DNA of 63,955 nt, filler included, from Barthelona sp. PAP020 (Eukaryota), in the NCBI GenBank assembly GCA_040182905.1. It is 4 parts of 4 records of this genome, joined end to end, with 100 filler letters (N's around TTAATTAATTAA, not from the genome) between each part and the next. Parts side by side here need not be neighbours in the genome. Positions count along the whole stretch, not along the records: positions 1 to 17,115 come from JARQWU010000250.1; positions 17,216 to 34,211 come from JARQWU010000251.1; 2 more parts are not named here. One strand, 5' to 3'. Made by a program: the position numbers and the translations under genes. The notes beneath the pieces were generated by a model. That model had not been told where the DNA came from and ran no database searches. It saw nothing but the letters and a program-made list of their open reading frames with translations. Of the stretch, positions 8,589 to 19,036 are shown piece by piece (position 1 is the stretch's first letter; every line of letters begins with the position of its first letter).

Positions 8589-9743
8589 CTATTTTTTAAA
8601 TTTTAAATCAAAAGTATGACGAAAATTAATTAATTTAAAAATAAGCATAATACAAACCACTATGACCGCTAAACCAACCAAAAAAGTCAAAACACTACTA
8701 AATAAAGCAGCATAATTTCTTTTTGGTTTTAAATTGTGTGCCTGACAAAAAGATTGAATGTCTTTAAATCTCTGAGATGGTGTCAAAACTTCATTTTTCA
8801 AAAATTCCTCCCCTATATAATTTACAGCTTCAGGATAATTCTTTTGTTGTCTCTCCAAAGAACATAATATCATTTCCTCATAATTAACATAATTCGCCGC
8901 GGTTTTTTCAAATTCTTCAATTTTCTTTTGCAAATCAACAATGGTGTCTGACAATCTATTGTTATTTGAACCTAAGTCTTCAATAATATTTGACTTTTCA
9001 TCAATTTCATCTTCTAATTTTTTCTTTGACTCGGTCAGTTGTTGTATTGTTTGGGCATATTGTTTTGAAATAATTTCATTAAGGGTATTATTAACATAGT
9101 TATTTTCCAATTCCTCACGAGAATTATCAAAATCTGTATTATCATCCAGATTTTGTTGATTTGATTGTTGCAAATGTTGGGAATGATGAGATGCATAGTT
9201 TTGAGAATATCCAAGTCGAGGATTGGGAGAATTCTGTGAAAAGGAAGCAACTGAATTAGCGTATTGGGTTTCACCTGCAATAGAAACTGACCTTTGACTG
9301 AAAGTGTCTTCAAAATCTAAAGAGGAAGGCAATGCACCAGAAGTATTAGGAGGAGTATTCAATTGTAAAGTTGATGGCAATTTTGATGAATGAATATCAA
9401 AATATATTTTCTGTTTTACAATGTCATTTCGGCTGCCAAATTCTTGTTTAATCATTTGTTTGCTCAAATCTGACTGACTATACATAGAAGATACAGCGGT
9501 CCAAAGAGATAATGGACTAGTAAATAGACTCTGGTCAGTAATCAATGTTGTAATGGTCCTTGACGACTTAGGTAATACAGCACCATGTTTTGGTTGCAAT
9601 GTGATACCTTTTCCTTTAGTTGCACGAAATTTAAAAATAATTCGATGAGTGGTATTGTTGATAATGGTAAATTTTGAAATGGTTTCTCCATCATTTTCAC
9701 CAACAGTTAAAACAGGATTCGAAGGTTCAACGATTAAAGACAT
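8589..9743 (-). CDS. VAP-like MSP (major sperm protein) domain tail-anchored protein
   Basis: MSLIVEPS...FTIINNTTHRIIFKFRATKGKGITLQPKHGAVLP is an MSP domain, followed by a coiled coil and a C-terminal TM helix. Likely start ATG 9743; the longer ORF only overlaps the neighbouring gene. Confidence 0.8.
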   Translation of the reverse strand: MSLIVEPSNPVLTVGENDGETISKFTIINNTTHRIIFKFRATKGKGITLQPKHGAVLPKSSRTITTLITDQSLFTSPLSLWTAVSSMYSQSDLSKQMIKQEFGSRNDIVKQKIYFDIHSSKLPSTLQLNTPPNTSGALPSSLDFEDTFSQRSVSIAGETQYANSVASFSQNSPNPRLGYSQNYASHHSQHLQQSNQQNLDDNTDFDNSREELENNYVNNTLNEIISKQYAQTIQQLTESKKKLEDEIDEKSNIIEDLGSNNNRLSDTIVDLQKKIEEFEKTAANYVNYEEMILCSLERQQKNYPEAVNYIGEEFLKNEVLTPSQRFKDIQSFCQAHNLKPKRNYAALFSSVLTFLVGLAVIVVCIMLIFKLINFRHTFDLKFKK

Positions 9744-9802
9744 TTCAATGAAGTTAACAAAATATAAAATCAAAAGAAAATTTAATTTTTTTTTTAAACA
9801 CC

Positions 9803-10618
9803 ATGTCAAATCCTGACGTTGCACCATTGTCATTAGAAGAGTCGATAAGTCAATTGACTGACAGAATGAATGAATGTGAAAAGAATGGTGATTATATTGA
9901 AGCTCAAGTTGCAAAAAGACGTTTAGATGCTTTAAAAGCCAAAGAGAGTTCCAAAAATCGTCAAGTATTGGCTGATAAACAAAAAATAGAAGCTGATGAT
10001 TTACATGATTCTCAATTACGTATCAAAGAAGAATTTAATTCAAAATGGGATGAAGATTTTCGTCAATTTGAAGCAAACACTGAAAATATGAAACGAGAAT
10101 TAATTGAAAAACATGAAAATGAGCGTCATTCTCTTATTGAAGATTTTGAAAAAGATAGACCTAAAATCAAACCTTCTGCTGAATATTTAAATCTAAAACG
10201 AATTGAATCCATGTTAGCAACCCAAAAACGTTTCAAAGAAGCTCATAATGCAAAAGTGAAAGCTGAAGCGAAGCTGGAGCAAGAAGAAAACGCTCACATT
10301 GCCAGAATGGAAAATCTTTTGAAGATAAAGATGAAACAATTGATCAAAAAACAAAAAGTTGAATTCGATGCCAAAGTTCAAAAAGCATTTTTGCAAAAGT
10401 CTGAGATGACCAAGAATAAGAATAAAGAATTGAACAGATTAAAATTGAAGTTCAAAAATGAGACAACAACCCTAAGAAACAAACATACGAGTGAACAAAA
10501 AGATGTTGGTTTTAATCAAACCAAAATGCTTTCACCCGGTCAAACAAGTCGAAATGCATCCACTTCTGCTCGAAGACCTGTGTCTCCATACACCAAATCA
10601 AATAGTATGAATATGTAA
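9803..10618 (+). CDS. Coiled-coil hypothetical protein
   Basis: 271-aa E/K/Q-rich helical ORF (ECEKNGDYIEAQVAKRRL..., KPSAEYLNLKRIESMLATQKRFKEAH). Confidence 0.7.
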   Translation: MSNPDVAPLSLEESISQLTDRMNECEKNGDYIEAQVAKRRLDALKAKESSKNRQVLADKQKIEADDLHDSQLRIKEEFNSKWDEDFRQFEANTENMKRELIEKHENERHSLIEDFEKDRPKIKPSAEYLNLKRIESMLATQKRFKEAHNAKVKAEAKLEQEENAHIARMENLLKIKMKQLIKKQKVEFDAKVQKAFLQKSEMTKNKNKELNRLKLKFKNETTTLRNKHTSEQKDVGFNQTKMLSPGQTSRNASTSARRPVSPYTKSNSMNM

Positions 10619-10763
10619 AGTGTACTCTGTGTTTTTTTTTTGTTTTTTGAATGGATACATATATTGTTTTTGTTTATCACATCATTATAAAAAAAAATTT
10701 TAAAAGACAAAAGAAGAAAGGATCTTTTTAAAGGAAGAAAAAAAAACATTTTCTTTTTCTTTA

Positions 10764-13700
10764 ATGACTACACCTGTCGAATTGCATTTTTCTGAGCAAT
10801 ATTATGAATATGTTCAAAGATTAGCTAATGCCCAAAATCCTATTGTGGAAAAAAGGATGTTGGATTCAGAATATGAATTTTTAAGAAAGAACATTGAAAG
10901 AACTGATTTATCTCCTGTTCAACAAAATGAAATTATGTTTAGACTAATATTTTGTTGGTTACATGGGCACGATGTTTCCTTTGCTTTCAGTCGTGTTTTA
11001 TCTGGAACATCAATCAACAATTTGTTCGCCAAACGTATTGCTTACTTGACTTGTAATTCTTTTTTAGATGAAAAATCAGATATTACTATTCTTTTAGGGG
11101 CTCAATTACAAATAGATTTACAAAAGAATAATGATCCAGTTATACTTAAATGTGCGTTACAAACTACTGCTGAAATTATGCCTAATGATCTAATTCCAGC
11201 ATTGATGCCCCCAATTAGAGCTTTGATTAAACATCGTTCACCAGTTGTCAGAAGTCATGTCATTTTGGTCTTTAACAAATACTTAAAGGTTGATAGAGAA
11301 ATGGGATTAATTGAATTGAACGGGTCGTTTAATGAGTTGTTAAAATTGTTTAACACTGAATCTCACAGTGTGTTACAAGCTTTGATGACGTTGTGGATGA
11401 CATGTTATAAAGATTTAGATGAAGCTCAAGGAAGGAAACTTGTTGACCAAACTTTTGAAATTTTACAAAAATTGATACACCACAAATTTTCAGATTCTAA
11501 TGACTTTGATGAGTGTTGGAACCCATTTTTGTTAGGGAAAATTTTGCAATGTTTGAGTAAAACAATTCATTTTGCTGCAGATTTGGGAAAATTCCAAAGA
11601 ATTCTTAAGAAAATTGGAGAAACATTTATTCAAACTAGAAAATTCAACCATGGACATGCAACTATTTTCTTAGAGTATATAAGATTAATCAGCAGTATGA
11701 TGTTAGATGATACCTTGTTTAAACTTGTGACAGAAATAAATTTGCGTTTGTTAAAAGACCACAGGCCTAATATATTGTACTGTGGGTTATGTAGTTTTAA
11801 ATATTTACTTGATATGGGATATGAATTAACCGATGTTGAAGAGAGTGTTATTTTGGATTGTCTGCGGGCCAAGGATACCACTTTGCAAAGAGCATCATTT
11901 GATTTGTTGCTAAAAATGTGTACCAGCGAAAATATTGCAACCATATCAAAGATAGTTCTTGAATATTTGAATTCGTTAAGGATCTCACTTGTTGCAAGTA
12001 TCAAAATTGATCTTGCTGAACAATTGTTTGATGTTCTGGCTGAAATTTGTGATGATGTTTTTGTTTATGTTTCGGTATGTTCCAAGCTTTTGATTTTTGC
12101 TGGTGAAGATTCACCTTCCTCTAGCAAAGTCCAGGAAAAAATTCAGAGATCCATGTTTGATCTGATTAAGAATGGAACAGGATATGATGAATTACAGGAC
12201 CAAAAAATTAATCGTGAAATTGCAGATTCATTCCAAAGTATTTTCTTTGATGACAATTCTGAAATTAATTATTTCAGTTTATCATTTGCTTTCCTTCGAG
12301 TTATCGCCAGTATTATCCCTTTGTTGTATCAGAAGCAAATAATATCATTGGAAACTGCCGTAAAAATGTTAATTAAAGCAATTAATCATCCTGTTGTCAG
12401 AAATAATTCCAAACTGTGTGAAGTGCTTATCAATAGCTTTGTTGAACTTTACGAAAATAACCAAAATGAATTGGAGCCTATGGTTGAAGAAATTATCAAC
12501 ATTTTGTCTTATGTGTATTTGATTACGCCATATTCTATTTCCCTAGAAATTACTTACAATCGAGCAATCATGATTCTTTGTGACAAGGAATTAATGTTCA
12601 ATCACGAAAATGTGTCGACGAATATTGATGAGCTCGTTCTTCAATTAATGCCTTTAACAAACATTCCTGCCCCTGATTATTTGGATATTGAGGAAACTTC
12701 TGTTGTTGCTAAAAAGTCCTCCCTTAAAATCGATTCTTATGCATCACCTGCACAAGCGCTTCAACAAGCAAGTGTTGAAAAAGAGTCCAAAAATCAAAAT
12801 AATTTATTTGATGGATTAAAAATGACCAGTTCAAAATCAGCGCCATCCACACCAGAAAGTAGAAATAGTAAAGTGAAGCCAGTTATTCCACAAGTGAAAA
12901 CTATACCTGGGTCTTCCTCTTTATTTGATGGTCTTAAACTTACAAAATCAAAGAGTGATGTTGATAATACATTAACGAAAGCCAATAGCGATATTGTAGT
13001 TGCAAAGAAAGAATCAACGCTTTCTGATCTATTTAATCTCAGTCCTTCCCCTTCTAAAAGTGAAAATGCCAAGTCTGTTGATCTTTTGGATGGATTGTTA
13101 GCTTCTTCACAACAATCATCTCATCCAAGTCAACCTCAAAAATCAACTGATGTTCTTGATGATTTGTTTGATCAAGAAATTGGTTCAGTGTCTCCTAAGC
13201 CCCAAACTTCTTCATTATTTGATTCATTGACGTCATCTCCCTCTAAACCTTCCAATACGACAAATAACTTGTTTTCAGGATTAAATGTTCAAAAGCAATC
13301 TCAAATCCAAAATTTTTCAAATGGTTTAACCCAAAGTAGTTCCATCTCATTTGATTCAACAATTGCTTCCAACACGTTTTTGAAACTTAATGTGAGTTTT
13401 CAACCTGGGGTTTTGACTCTTATTGTTGAAAACCGAACCAAAGAACAAATTGGTAATCTTAACGTTACATTCAGTGATCCTGCTCCTGGAAAATTCAATA
13501 TCCTTGTCAATGCCGCTGCGAACATAAGTGGAAATTCTGCAATTATTTACAGTTTGTCTCCTTATTCTACTGTTGAAATTAAACTGAGTTTGGTTGAAAT
13601 ATCTAACTTACCTTCAACCACATTGACTAAAATAAACGTCAAAGCTAACAATCAAATAAATCTAAATGCTGCCATTAAATTAAGCAATATTGATTTACTT

Positions 13701-14114
13701 ACCCCACTTATTTTAAACAGCAATGAATTTTCTCAACTTGCAAAGCAATTGAGAAGCAATGAACCCTCTGAAGAAATCTATTCCAATGTTTCTTCTCAAA
13801 CATTTGCTGCTTTAAGAAACAAAATGAGTCAAAAAGGTTGTCATGTCATTTCACCTGATCCTTCAAATACGAATCAATTCGCAATTTCAGCCAATTTATT
13901 TATTTGTCCAATTTTAATGTTTTTGGACAATGATATCATGGCTAAAAAATTACAAGTTAAAGTGATGTCATCTAATCCATCTTTTTCTTCTGAATTTGCA
14001 AAGCAATTTAAGAGAATTTTGGATGACTTGACCAAACCTTCTTTCACAATGTCACAAACTCGAAATACTGCTCAAAATCAAAGTTCTGACATTTTAGACT
14101 CTTTGTTTGGTTGA
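10764..14114 (+). CDS. AP4E1: Adaptor protein complex large subunit, most like AP-4 epsilon
   Basis: Adaptin N domain (FRLIFCWLHGHDVSFAF, KRIAYL, DLQ, ALQTTAEIMPNDLIPALMPPI...HRSPVVR), Ser-rich hinge with repeated (S/N)LF(D/S)GL motifs, and an appendage domain. Confidence 0.75.
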   Translation: MTTPVELHFSEQYYEYVQRLANAQNPIVEKRMLDSEYEFLRKNIERTDLSPVQQNEIMFRLIFCWLHGHDVSFAFSRVLSGTSINNLFAKRIAYLTCNSFLDEKSDITILLGAQLQIDLQKNNDPVILKCALQTTAEIMPNDLIPALMPPIRALIKHRSPVVRSHVILVFNKYLKVDREMGLIELNGSFNELLKLFNTESHSVLQALMTLWMTCYKDLDEAQGRKLVDQTFEILQKLIHHKFSDSNDFDECWNPFLLGKILQCLSKTIHFAADLGKFQRILKKIGETFIQTRKFNHGHATIFLEYIRLISSMMLDDTLFKLVTEINLRLLKDHRPNILYCGLCSFKYLLDMGYELTDVEESVILDCLRAKDTTLQRASFDLLLKMCTSENIATISKIVLEYLNSLRISLVASIKIDLAEQLFDVLAEICDDVFVYVSVCSKLLIFAGEDSPSSSKVQEKIQRSMFDLIKNGTGYDELQDQKINREIADSFQSIFFDDNSEINYFSLSFAFLRVIASIIPLLYQKQIISLETAVKMLIKAINHPVVRNNSKLCEVLINSFVELYENNQNELEPMVEEIINILSYVYLITPYSISLEITYNRAIMILCDKELMFNHENVSTNIDELVLQLMPLTNIPAPDYLDIEETSVVAKKSSLKIDSYASPAQALQQASVEKESKNQNNLFDGLKMTSSKSAPSTPESRNSKVKPVIPQVKTIPGSSSLFDGLKLTKSKSDVDNTLTKANSDIVVAKKESTLSDLFNLSPSPSKSENAKSVDLLDGLLASSQQSSHPSQPQKSTDVLDDLFDQEIGSVSPKPQTSSLFDSLTSSPSKPSNTTNNLFSGLNVQKQSQIQNFSNGLTQSSSISFDSTIASNTFLKLNVSFQPGVLTLIVENRTKEQIGNLNVTFSDPAPGKFNILVNAAANISGNSAIIYSLSPYSTVEIKLSLVEISNLPSTTLTKINVKANNQINLNAAIKLSNIDLLTPLILNSNEFSQLAKQLRSNEPSEEIYSNVSSQTFAALRNKMSQKGCHVISPDPSNTNQFAISANLFICPILMFLDNDIMAKKLQVKVMSSNPSFSSEFAKQFKRILDDLTKPSFTMSQTRNTAQNQSSDILDSLFG

Positions 14115-14268
14115 TAATTTATTTTTGTAAATGTTTTTGCTTTCATTTTTTAATTTCTTTTAATATCATTATAAAATTTATTTTTTTAATCTTGGCAAAC
14201 ACAAAAAATAAAAAAGAATACAAATTTTTAAAACTGACAAAAGATTTTTTTTTTTCGATGCATTAAAA

Positions 14269-15507
14269 ATGTTTACATTAGAAAGTCCACATGCTATTCA
14301 ATTTGAAATTGATTTAGCATTATTAAATTCTCAAAGAGAGAACAAATTTCAGAGTCTTTTGATCATAATATATGGATTAATAATATCTATCACATATATT
14401 CCATTAATGTTTAAATTTGGAGGAATTATATTAACTATATTAATAGGATTAATGTTTTGGTATATTAATACTATATCAACTTTAAATTATTCTAAAATGA
14501 TTGAATATCATCAAAAAAAGTCTATTAGTGAATTGGTAAATTTTTTATTGGGTAATAAATCAAAGAATATATTTAAAATCATGTTATTTATCCATTTTGT
14601 TTTGATACATTCTATTATCTTTGTTATGTTATCATGTATTGATTTTGGAATAAATATTCTTTTCAATATTTTGATTGTTTTCATAATTTATATACTTTTT
14701 GCGAATTTTTTTTCAAAACTTTTAAATTTTTTTAAGTTATCTAATTCATATTTATATTTAATTCAAATGTTTTTATTTATGGTTATATTATGTTTGATAA
14801 TATACAAAAATTTTCAACAACATGATATTCACTTCACTTTAAGTTTTGATCCTTTTAAAGATGAACATCGTTGGCATATTGGATTATTAGTTAATAATGT
14901 AAAAAGTATTATTTTGATGATACCTTTAATTGCTTCTGTTTTTAATTGTTCTATAGTGCTAATAAATCCTCAAAGGATTGATGTTCTGAAATATAAGCAG
15001 GAAAGAGTTATTTTGCTAAATTTTTTTTATTTCATCTTTACTATCTTATTTGGTTTGTTGGGATATTTATCAGTAGGAAATAGTATCACAAATAATATTT
15101 TATTGATGTTTTCAAATGCTGAATTATACATTTTTTTCATATGTCTTTTATTGGCTTGTTTATTAAATTCGTCTTCCATTAAAAATAATGTCATAGATAA
15201 AGAATTTTCAATATTTCAGTACATTTTTATATTATTACTAAGTTTACTCTTAAGTGTGTTTTTAATTGAGAAAGAGAAATTTTTATTGTTGATATTTTTG
15301 TATGCCATTACAGTGACTTATTTCTCTTATTATGTTCCTTCTTCTTTAATTTTAGGCAATGTTAATCCTTGCAGTTTTAAAAATTCTAACAATCTAAATT
15401 CTAATAGGCTGTTAGTTAAATGTTTGGTCATTCGTGTTTTTGGGTTGATTTTAGGTGTTGTTAGTTTAATTGCTTTCTTTGTTTGGTTTCAAAAAATTAA
15501 TTTCTAA
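14269..15507 (+). CDS. Amino-acid transporter (Aa_trans/SLC38-like), divergent
   Basis: About 11 hydrophobic segments; IPLMFKFGGII, IPLIASVFNC and FGLLGYLSVGNSITNNILLMF resemble SLC38/AVT family motifs. Confidence 0.65.
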   Translation: MFTLESPHAIQFEIDLALLNSQRENKFQSLLIIIYGLIISITYIPLMFKFGGIILTILIGLMFWYINTISTLNYSKMIEYHQKKSISELVNFLLGNKSKNIFKIMLFIHFVLIHSIIFVMLSCIDFGINILFNILIVFIIYILFANFFSKLLNFFKLSNSYLYLIQMFLFMVILCLIIYKNFQQHDIHFTLSFDPFKDEHRWHIGLLVNNVKSIILMIPLIASVFNCSIVLINPQRIDVLKYKQERVILLNFFYFIFTILFGLLGYLSVGNSITNNILLMFSNAELYIFFICLLLACLLNSSSIKNNVIDKEFSIFQYIFILLLSLLLSVFLIEKEKFLLLIFLYAITVTYFSYYVPSSLILGNVNPCSFKNSNNLNSNRLLVKCLVIRVFGLILGVVSLIAFFVWFQKINF

Positions 15508-15865
15508 GTGGTGATTGATTTTTTGCATTAAAAAAAGAATATTTGGTCTCATCAAATAAGTTTTCATTTACGTTTATAGACGCCCTGATTATCGCAATAG
15601 AGAGACACATAGACAAAGACAAAGTTTCCAGCATTGGAAGTGATCGGTAATAATCGTTTTGACGGTAAAGTGAAAAAGATTTACATAAGTTTTATTTTCT
15701 GCTCCACACAGCAAGTCCACATTTTAAGATTACGTTTTTTTTTTAAAGAAGACTACCCTTCGACATCAATTACGTTCAAGACAAGTTCGATCGCCCCAAT
15801 AAAATCCCAAACTTTCAGAAATAAAGTCTATAAACAAAAAGAAAGGTTATAAATGAAAAAAAGAA

Positions 15866-15946
15866 GTGTTCACAGGAAAGCGGACGGATTTCACGAAAAA
15901 GACAATATAAATGTGTTTAAGGTTTCTTCTTGCAATTTCTGATATT
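15866..15946 (+). repeat. Dispersed repeat R2, copy a
   Basis: GTGTTC..AG.AAAGCGGACGGATTTCAC..AAAAGACAA recurs at 51144-51226; a shorter echo GCGGACATTTCAC occurs near 17030. Confidence 0.85.
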
Positions 15947-16657
15947 AATGGATATCAAAATTGAAAAGCTCAAGCAATAGCATGGAATCGTAAGAATTCA
16001 AAGATAAAGGATGTACGAAAATAAATTAGATCAATATGGAATATCAAAATCCCACAAAGAGAACATAAGTGGAAACATTTAAAGTGAATCAAGGGTCTAA
16101 AGGAAAGTATTACACTTTCTTTAAATACCTGCCCATCTAAACCGGAAGCATTTCTTTCTTTTTTTAAGAGTGTTCTGAACCATCCACGCAAAACGACTCA
16201 GTTGCAAGTACCCCCAAACTCTAATCGAAAACAATAAAGATCTTTATAAGCATTTATTATTATTGTTTTGTGAGATTCAACATTACATTATCGTTAACAA
16301 TTTCACCCTGGGATGACTGATTCTTTTTTTTTCCAGGAGAGTTTTGAACCAATCAACCTACAACAGATCAGTGACAAATTAATTTGGCAACAACAAAAAT
16401 CTCACCGAAAGAGGACTCAAAGGAAGAATTGCCCTAAGATACTCCTGCATATAAAGTTAATTATCCCATAAGAAAGAAAATTTTAAATCTGGAAAAGAGG
16501 AGATCAAAACAATAAGAATTTTATTTCTAAAAGACCACACCTCTTTACAATTATGAGTTTTTTTTTTATTTTTCCAGACTCAAAGAATTCTGAATCGGTT
16601 GACCAAAACAGCAAAGACATCATAGAGTAATTTCCCCAACACCAGTTAGTAAATATA

Positions 16658-16847
16658 AATTTTTGAGCTGGTACAGCGAAATTTTCAACATCTGAACATA
16701 TCCAACTCGTACAGGTTTCAATACTTGTACGGAAGTATGCAACAGTTTACATCAGAGCTCCATCAAAGTGGAAGGGAAATTTGGCAAGTCGTAAAGGAAA
16801 GAAATATCTTCAAAAGTTTTCAAAAGTTTTCAAAAGTTTAAATTTAT
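16658..16847 (+). repeat. Dispersed repeat R1, copy a, ending in tandem TTCAAAAGTT units
   Basis: Highly similar to 50942-51143 (shared CTCCATCAAAGTGGAAGGGAAATTTGGCAAGTCGTAAAGGAAAGAAATATCTTCAAAAG). Confidence 0.92.
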
Positions 16848-17115
16848 TTACATTTTAATTTGTTGTTGTGATAGTCCGGTTTCGCAAAATTTATTTTTTT
16901 TTTTATGTTATTTAATATAAGAAGGAAAGAAAGATCACGCTGCTAACATCTCAACCACAACCCCCCACACCTAAGAGTTGGATATAAACTGTTCAGAATT
17001 TATTGTTGAAATATTCATTGTGAAGCGCAGCGGACATTTCACAAGGAGGGAAAAAGAAAAGCGTGAAGAAATGCGCCAGAATTTGAATCAAGCAAAATTT
17101 CTCGTATTTCAAAAT

Positions 17116-17215
17116 NNNNNNNNNNNNNNNNNNNNNNNNNNNNNNNNNNNNNNNNNNNNTTAATTAATTAANNNNNNNNNNNNNNNNNNNNNNNNNNNNN
17201 NNNNNNNNNNNNNNN
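17116..17215. other. Artificial contig-joining spacer
   Basis: 44 N + TTAATTAATTAA (stops in all six frames) + 44 N. Confidence 0.97.
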
Positions 17216-17251
17216 TGCAGCCACTCATTTTCTGTGGCTGAGATTTAATGA

Positions 17252-17317
17252 AATGAGTTTTCTCTGATTACTTTTTCTTTGTAAATAAATATAGTTGTTT
17301 CACAACTTGACCAATTT
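17252..17317 (+). repeat. Dispersed repeat R3, partial copy
   Basis: AATGAGTTTTCT...TTTCTTTGTAAATAAATATAGTTGTTTCACAACTTGACCAATTT matches 51442-51505 and the reverse complement of about 24854-24918. Confidence 0.85.
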
Positions 17318-17446
17318 TTTTTTCTTACATCTCAAATAGGATCTTATTTGAATGCTCAAGGGACAAAATAATCAAAAAAAGAATAGAGAGTTTACAAAAA
17401 TTTACACAAAATTTTTCAAGAAATACACATATACAATCCGGTACAA

Positions 17447-17869
17447 TTATTCTTCCATCATATCAGCTATGATATCTTCAACAAGCTCTTCATCATTATA
17501 ATCAACTTCTTCAGCATAAACATAATTGACCTGATTAATCTCATTTTCAACATCTTCCATTTCATCTTCAATAACTTGCTCCTCAAACATTTCAGCAACA
17601 ACTTCTTCTTCAATGTTCTCTTCTGTTGGGTCATATTGAATATCTTCTTGAGGTTTGGAATCAACTTCTCTTTGATTGACTTCATCATCAAGCTCATCCA
17701 TTTCCTCTTCAATTACGGTCTCATCCACTAAATCAGCAACAACTTCTTCTTCAATTTCAGTTTCCGTAGGATCATAATGAACGTCTTCTTGAACATTGCT
17801 GTTGGCAATGTCTTGATCGATGACATCATAAATTTCTTGAATATTAGCTTGTTCGCTTTGATTTTTCAT
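17447..17869 (-). CDS. Small hyper-acidic protein with a 47-aa internal repeat
   Basis: ATG at 17869 (MKNQSEQ). Repeat QEDVHYDPTETEIEEEVVA... / QEDIQYDPTEENIEEEVVA... plus a degenerate third unit. Confidence 0.7.
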   Translation of the reverse strand: MKNQSEQANIQEIYDVIDQDIANSNVQEDVHYDPTETEIEEEVVADLVDETVIEEEMDELDDEVNQREVDSKPQEDIQYDPTEENIEEEVVAEMFEEQVIEDEMEDVENEINQVNYVYAEEVDYNDEELVEDIIADMMEE

Positions 17870-18049
17870 ATTGTACAAACAAAAAAAAAATATATACAAT
17901 TCCACATTGAATCCCCATAATCATTACTTTGGGAAGAATCATCCCAACACAAAACAATCCGCACTGTAATTAGCACAATTAGGAAATAATAAAAAATTCA
18001 TGTAATGGTTCGTTTTATGTCAAAATTGAAATCAATAACACTTAAAGAT

Positions 18050-18708
18050 TTAGAAAGATTTAATAATGGCAGCTAATTCAGGTTCTTGTTCATCAACCTT
18101 CTTCATGGCTTCTAAACGGAGAGCGTTTTCCTTTTTGTGGAGGGTATGATAAGCTTCAGAACGATCTTTACGACGTTGTTCTAATGAATCAACAACTTCA
18201 CCATAGTGCCATCCAACTTCCATAGCAAGACGTTTTAAGGTGGTGACCTTTCTTGCGGGAGCAAGACGAGCAGCAGCTAAAGCAGAAGGAATGACAACAC
18301 GCTTAACTTTATCATAAGGAGTGGGAACACCATCAAAACATTTGAGACGATCCAAGGCAGCAGCACCACGAGCAGTTTTGTGGGGAACCATACCACGAAT
18401 AACTCTCCAGACCATACGAGAAGGAGCACGATAGTGATAAGGACCTTTTTGAGGGTTGGTATTCATTCTCTTACGAAGGAAAGTAAGATATTGCAATTTG
18501 TTTCTCATAAAAGAACCAGTTTTGACAATTTCTTCACAACGAGTAAGAACCTATGATGTTAGAACAACGTAAAATACAATAAAGTAAAAGTAAATCGACA
18601 TCAAAATAAACATACAACATGAGTTCCATTCAAAAGCTCTTTGGCAACATTTGAAGCAAGACGACCCAAAAGGTGACCTTTGCAATCGACGACAACACGG
18701 CGAACCAT
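18050..18708 (-). CDS. RPL13A: 60S ribosomal protein L13a (uL13), two exons: 18708-18616 and 18550-18050
   Basis: Exon 1 [31 protein letters not shown] joins in frame to [22 protein letters not shown]...[27 protein letters not shown]. Confidence 0.97.
18551..18615 (-). other. Spliceosomal intron (65 nt) in RPL13A
   Basis: GTATGT...TTCTAACATCATAG; removal restores the canonical uL13 N-terminus. Confidence 0.93.
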
Positions 18709-19036
18709 TAGAAAACGGGATTATATAAAGAAAAAGGATTTCTTTTTTTCTTCAAATTTTTACAAATTTTTTCTTTTCTTTTTTTCTTCAAAACGTTTTT
18801 CATCCATGTAATGAACAAAAAATAAATAGTAAAACTATATATATTTATTGTGTGCTTTAAAATTTTAAATGTTTTCGTTTCAATAAATATCAAATGTTTC
18901 AACGTTTGTTAAAGGAAAATACAATTAAAAAAAACATAAAACTTGACAAATCAGAAAAAATTATCACTTTGAAAGGTGGAGCAACACACCAAAAAAAAAA
19001 TGCATCACACAAAACAGCTACATTCATTTATTTTCA

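Noticed and set aside
15775..15800. tRNA-like T-loop (GTTCAAG, GTTCGATC)
   Set aside because: No flanking T-stem, anticodon arm or acceptor stem.
16228..16269. Palindrome ATAAAGATCTTTAT and 10-bp inverted repeat AAAACAATAA/TTATTGTTTT
   Set aside because: Almost all A/T and single-copy; plausible by chance at this base composition.
17160..17171. TTAATTAATTAA as a biological motif
   Set aside because: Identical in all three gaps and centred in exactly 100 nt; it is a six-frame-stop linker.
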